Positions 63,569 to 64,000 of a stretch of 64,000 nucleotides of DNA are shown here, piece by piece. Positions within the stretch are counted from its first letter, which is position 1. Each line of letters begins with the position of its first letter. The stretch is from Lingula anatina (taxonomy: Eukaryota; Animalia; Brachiopoda): positions 15,660,644 to 15,724,643 of the forward strand of contig CM120643.1 of the NCBI GenBank assembly GCA_051362555.1, read 5' to 3'. Under the pieces are notes generated by a model, which worked only from the letters and a program-made list of their open reading frames with translations, had not been told where the DNA came from and searched no databases. The position numbers and the translations under genes were made by a program.

Positions 63569-63609
63569 CTCTCTCTCTCTGTGTGTGTGTGTATGTGTGT
63601 GTGTGTGTG
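63569..63609. repeat. Compound (CT)n(GT)n microsatellite
   Basis: Direct read. Confidence 0.9.
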
Positions 63610-64000
63610 CAGATTATAGCCAAAAAGAAACACGACTAGTATGTGACCACAATCCATGTATTCTGTACGTACATGTTAGCGAAATGTACGATTTCAAACT
63701 ACAGTGACTCATTCTTTCTATTTTTTAAATGTAGAACCTCATTGTTGATAGGACAATAGTATCGAGATATATTGACGTCGTTGGATAGTATTTTTAAAGA
63801 AACAAGTTCATAAAGTCCCGTAAACCTGCCAAATAGATTTTCAGACATGCGCACCGAGGCCCAAACCATTGTAGTGACTTCAAAAAAGTACGACATCAAA
63901 CGAACGTTAAATCTTTCTAATGTTGGTATTTTCTTTTATTTGCGTCTGTTAGTCGTTGACAGGTTTAACGACGGCATCCTACACTATAGAAATGTTCAGT

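Overview
AT-rich animal (invertebrate, probably lophotrochozoan; inference) genomic DNA, not prokaryotic. The window is dominated by one minus-strand, intron-rich Iroquois (Irx, TALE-class homeobox) gene. I reconstructed five coding exons with consistent GT-AG junctions and intron phases 0,0,2,1: 55406-55341 (MSYPPLGY...), 54696-54346 (poly-Gly and the CCxNGRP...CSCQY motif), 51391-51270, 27710-27367 (TALE homeodomain, WFANA) and 20563-19608 (acidic stretch, IRO box KPKIWSIA). This gives about 612 aa, or about 597 aa if a donor after 19676 splices to a short terminal exon at 18572-18550. Exons 1 and 3 are missing from the ORF track. The rest is non-coding: a 23.6 kb intron 3 and flanks with candidate enhancers (twin RFX X-boxes, TGACA and GGTCA clusters, Pbx-Meis/Prep decamers, P3 sites), three related MITE-like elements, microsatellites and a circularly permuted inverted repeat. 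The left end has a 27-bp minisatellite in CpG-poor, 3'UTR-like sequence of a probable convergent gene. No CRISPR, tRNA, rRNA or intact transposase was seen, and I found no convincing novel multi-gene system. The findings are regulatory, splicing and repeat-architecture leads.
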